From contig JBFLGF010000053.1 of the NCBI GenBank assembly GCA_050230475.1, forward strand, positions 44,305-64,304: 20,000 nt of DNA, in the 5' to 3' direction. Under the pieces are notes generated by a model. The model had not been told where the DNA came from, did not search any database, and saw only the letters and a list, made by a program, of their open reading frames with translations. Position numbers and translations under genes: made by a program. Every line of letters starts with the position of its first letter. Position 1 is the first letter of the stretch. Origin of the DNA: Ancylonema sp. (taxonomy: Eukaryota). Positions 20,000-20,000 of this stretch are shown here, one piece after another.

Positions 20000-20000
20000 A

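Overview
Eukaryotic, most likely non-seed streptophyte/land-plant DNA (inferred from gene families and spliceosomal introns). The first 3.3 kb holds two divergent housekeeping genes: the 5' part of signal peptide peptidase-like 1 (minus strand, runs off the window) and a complete 4-exon p24beta/GOLD cargo receptor (plus strand). The remaining ~16 kb is mostly nested, decayed transposons. These are a TA-flanked MITE with a doubled left end, hAT-like remnants, a gag+protease-only retroelement with no visible RT or LTRs, and a CAACCG array. They continue with a PIF/Harbinger element whose intron-containing transposase has one nonsense codon, a pogo/Lemi1-type element and a truncated Ty3/Gypsy element. 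Embedded among them are the terminal exon of a GT23/alpha-1,6-fucosyltransferase-like gene (very high GC3, next to a single-N scaffold join, with a tandemly duplicated stop/3'UTR segment) and an orphan signal-peptide exon. No new biological system can be established from the sequence alone. The best candidates for follow-up are the gag-protease-only element with its structured leader and the GC3-discordant GT23-like exon. Family assignments come from recalled motifs, not database searches.
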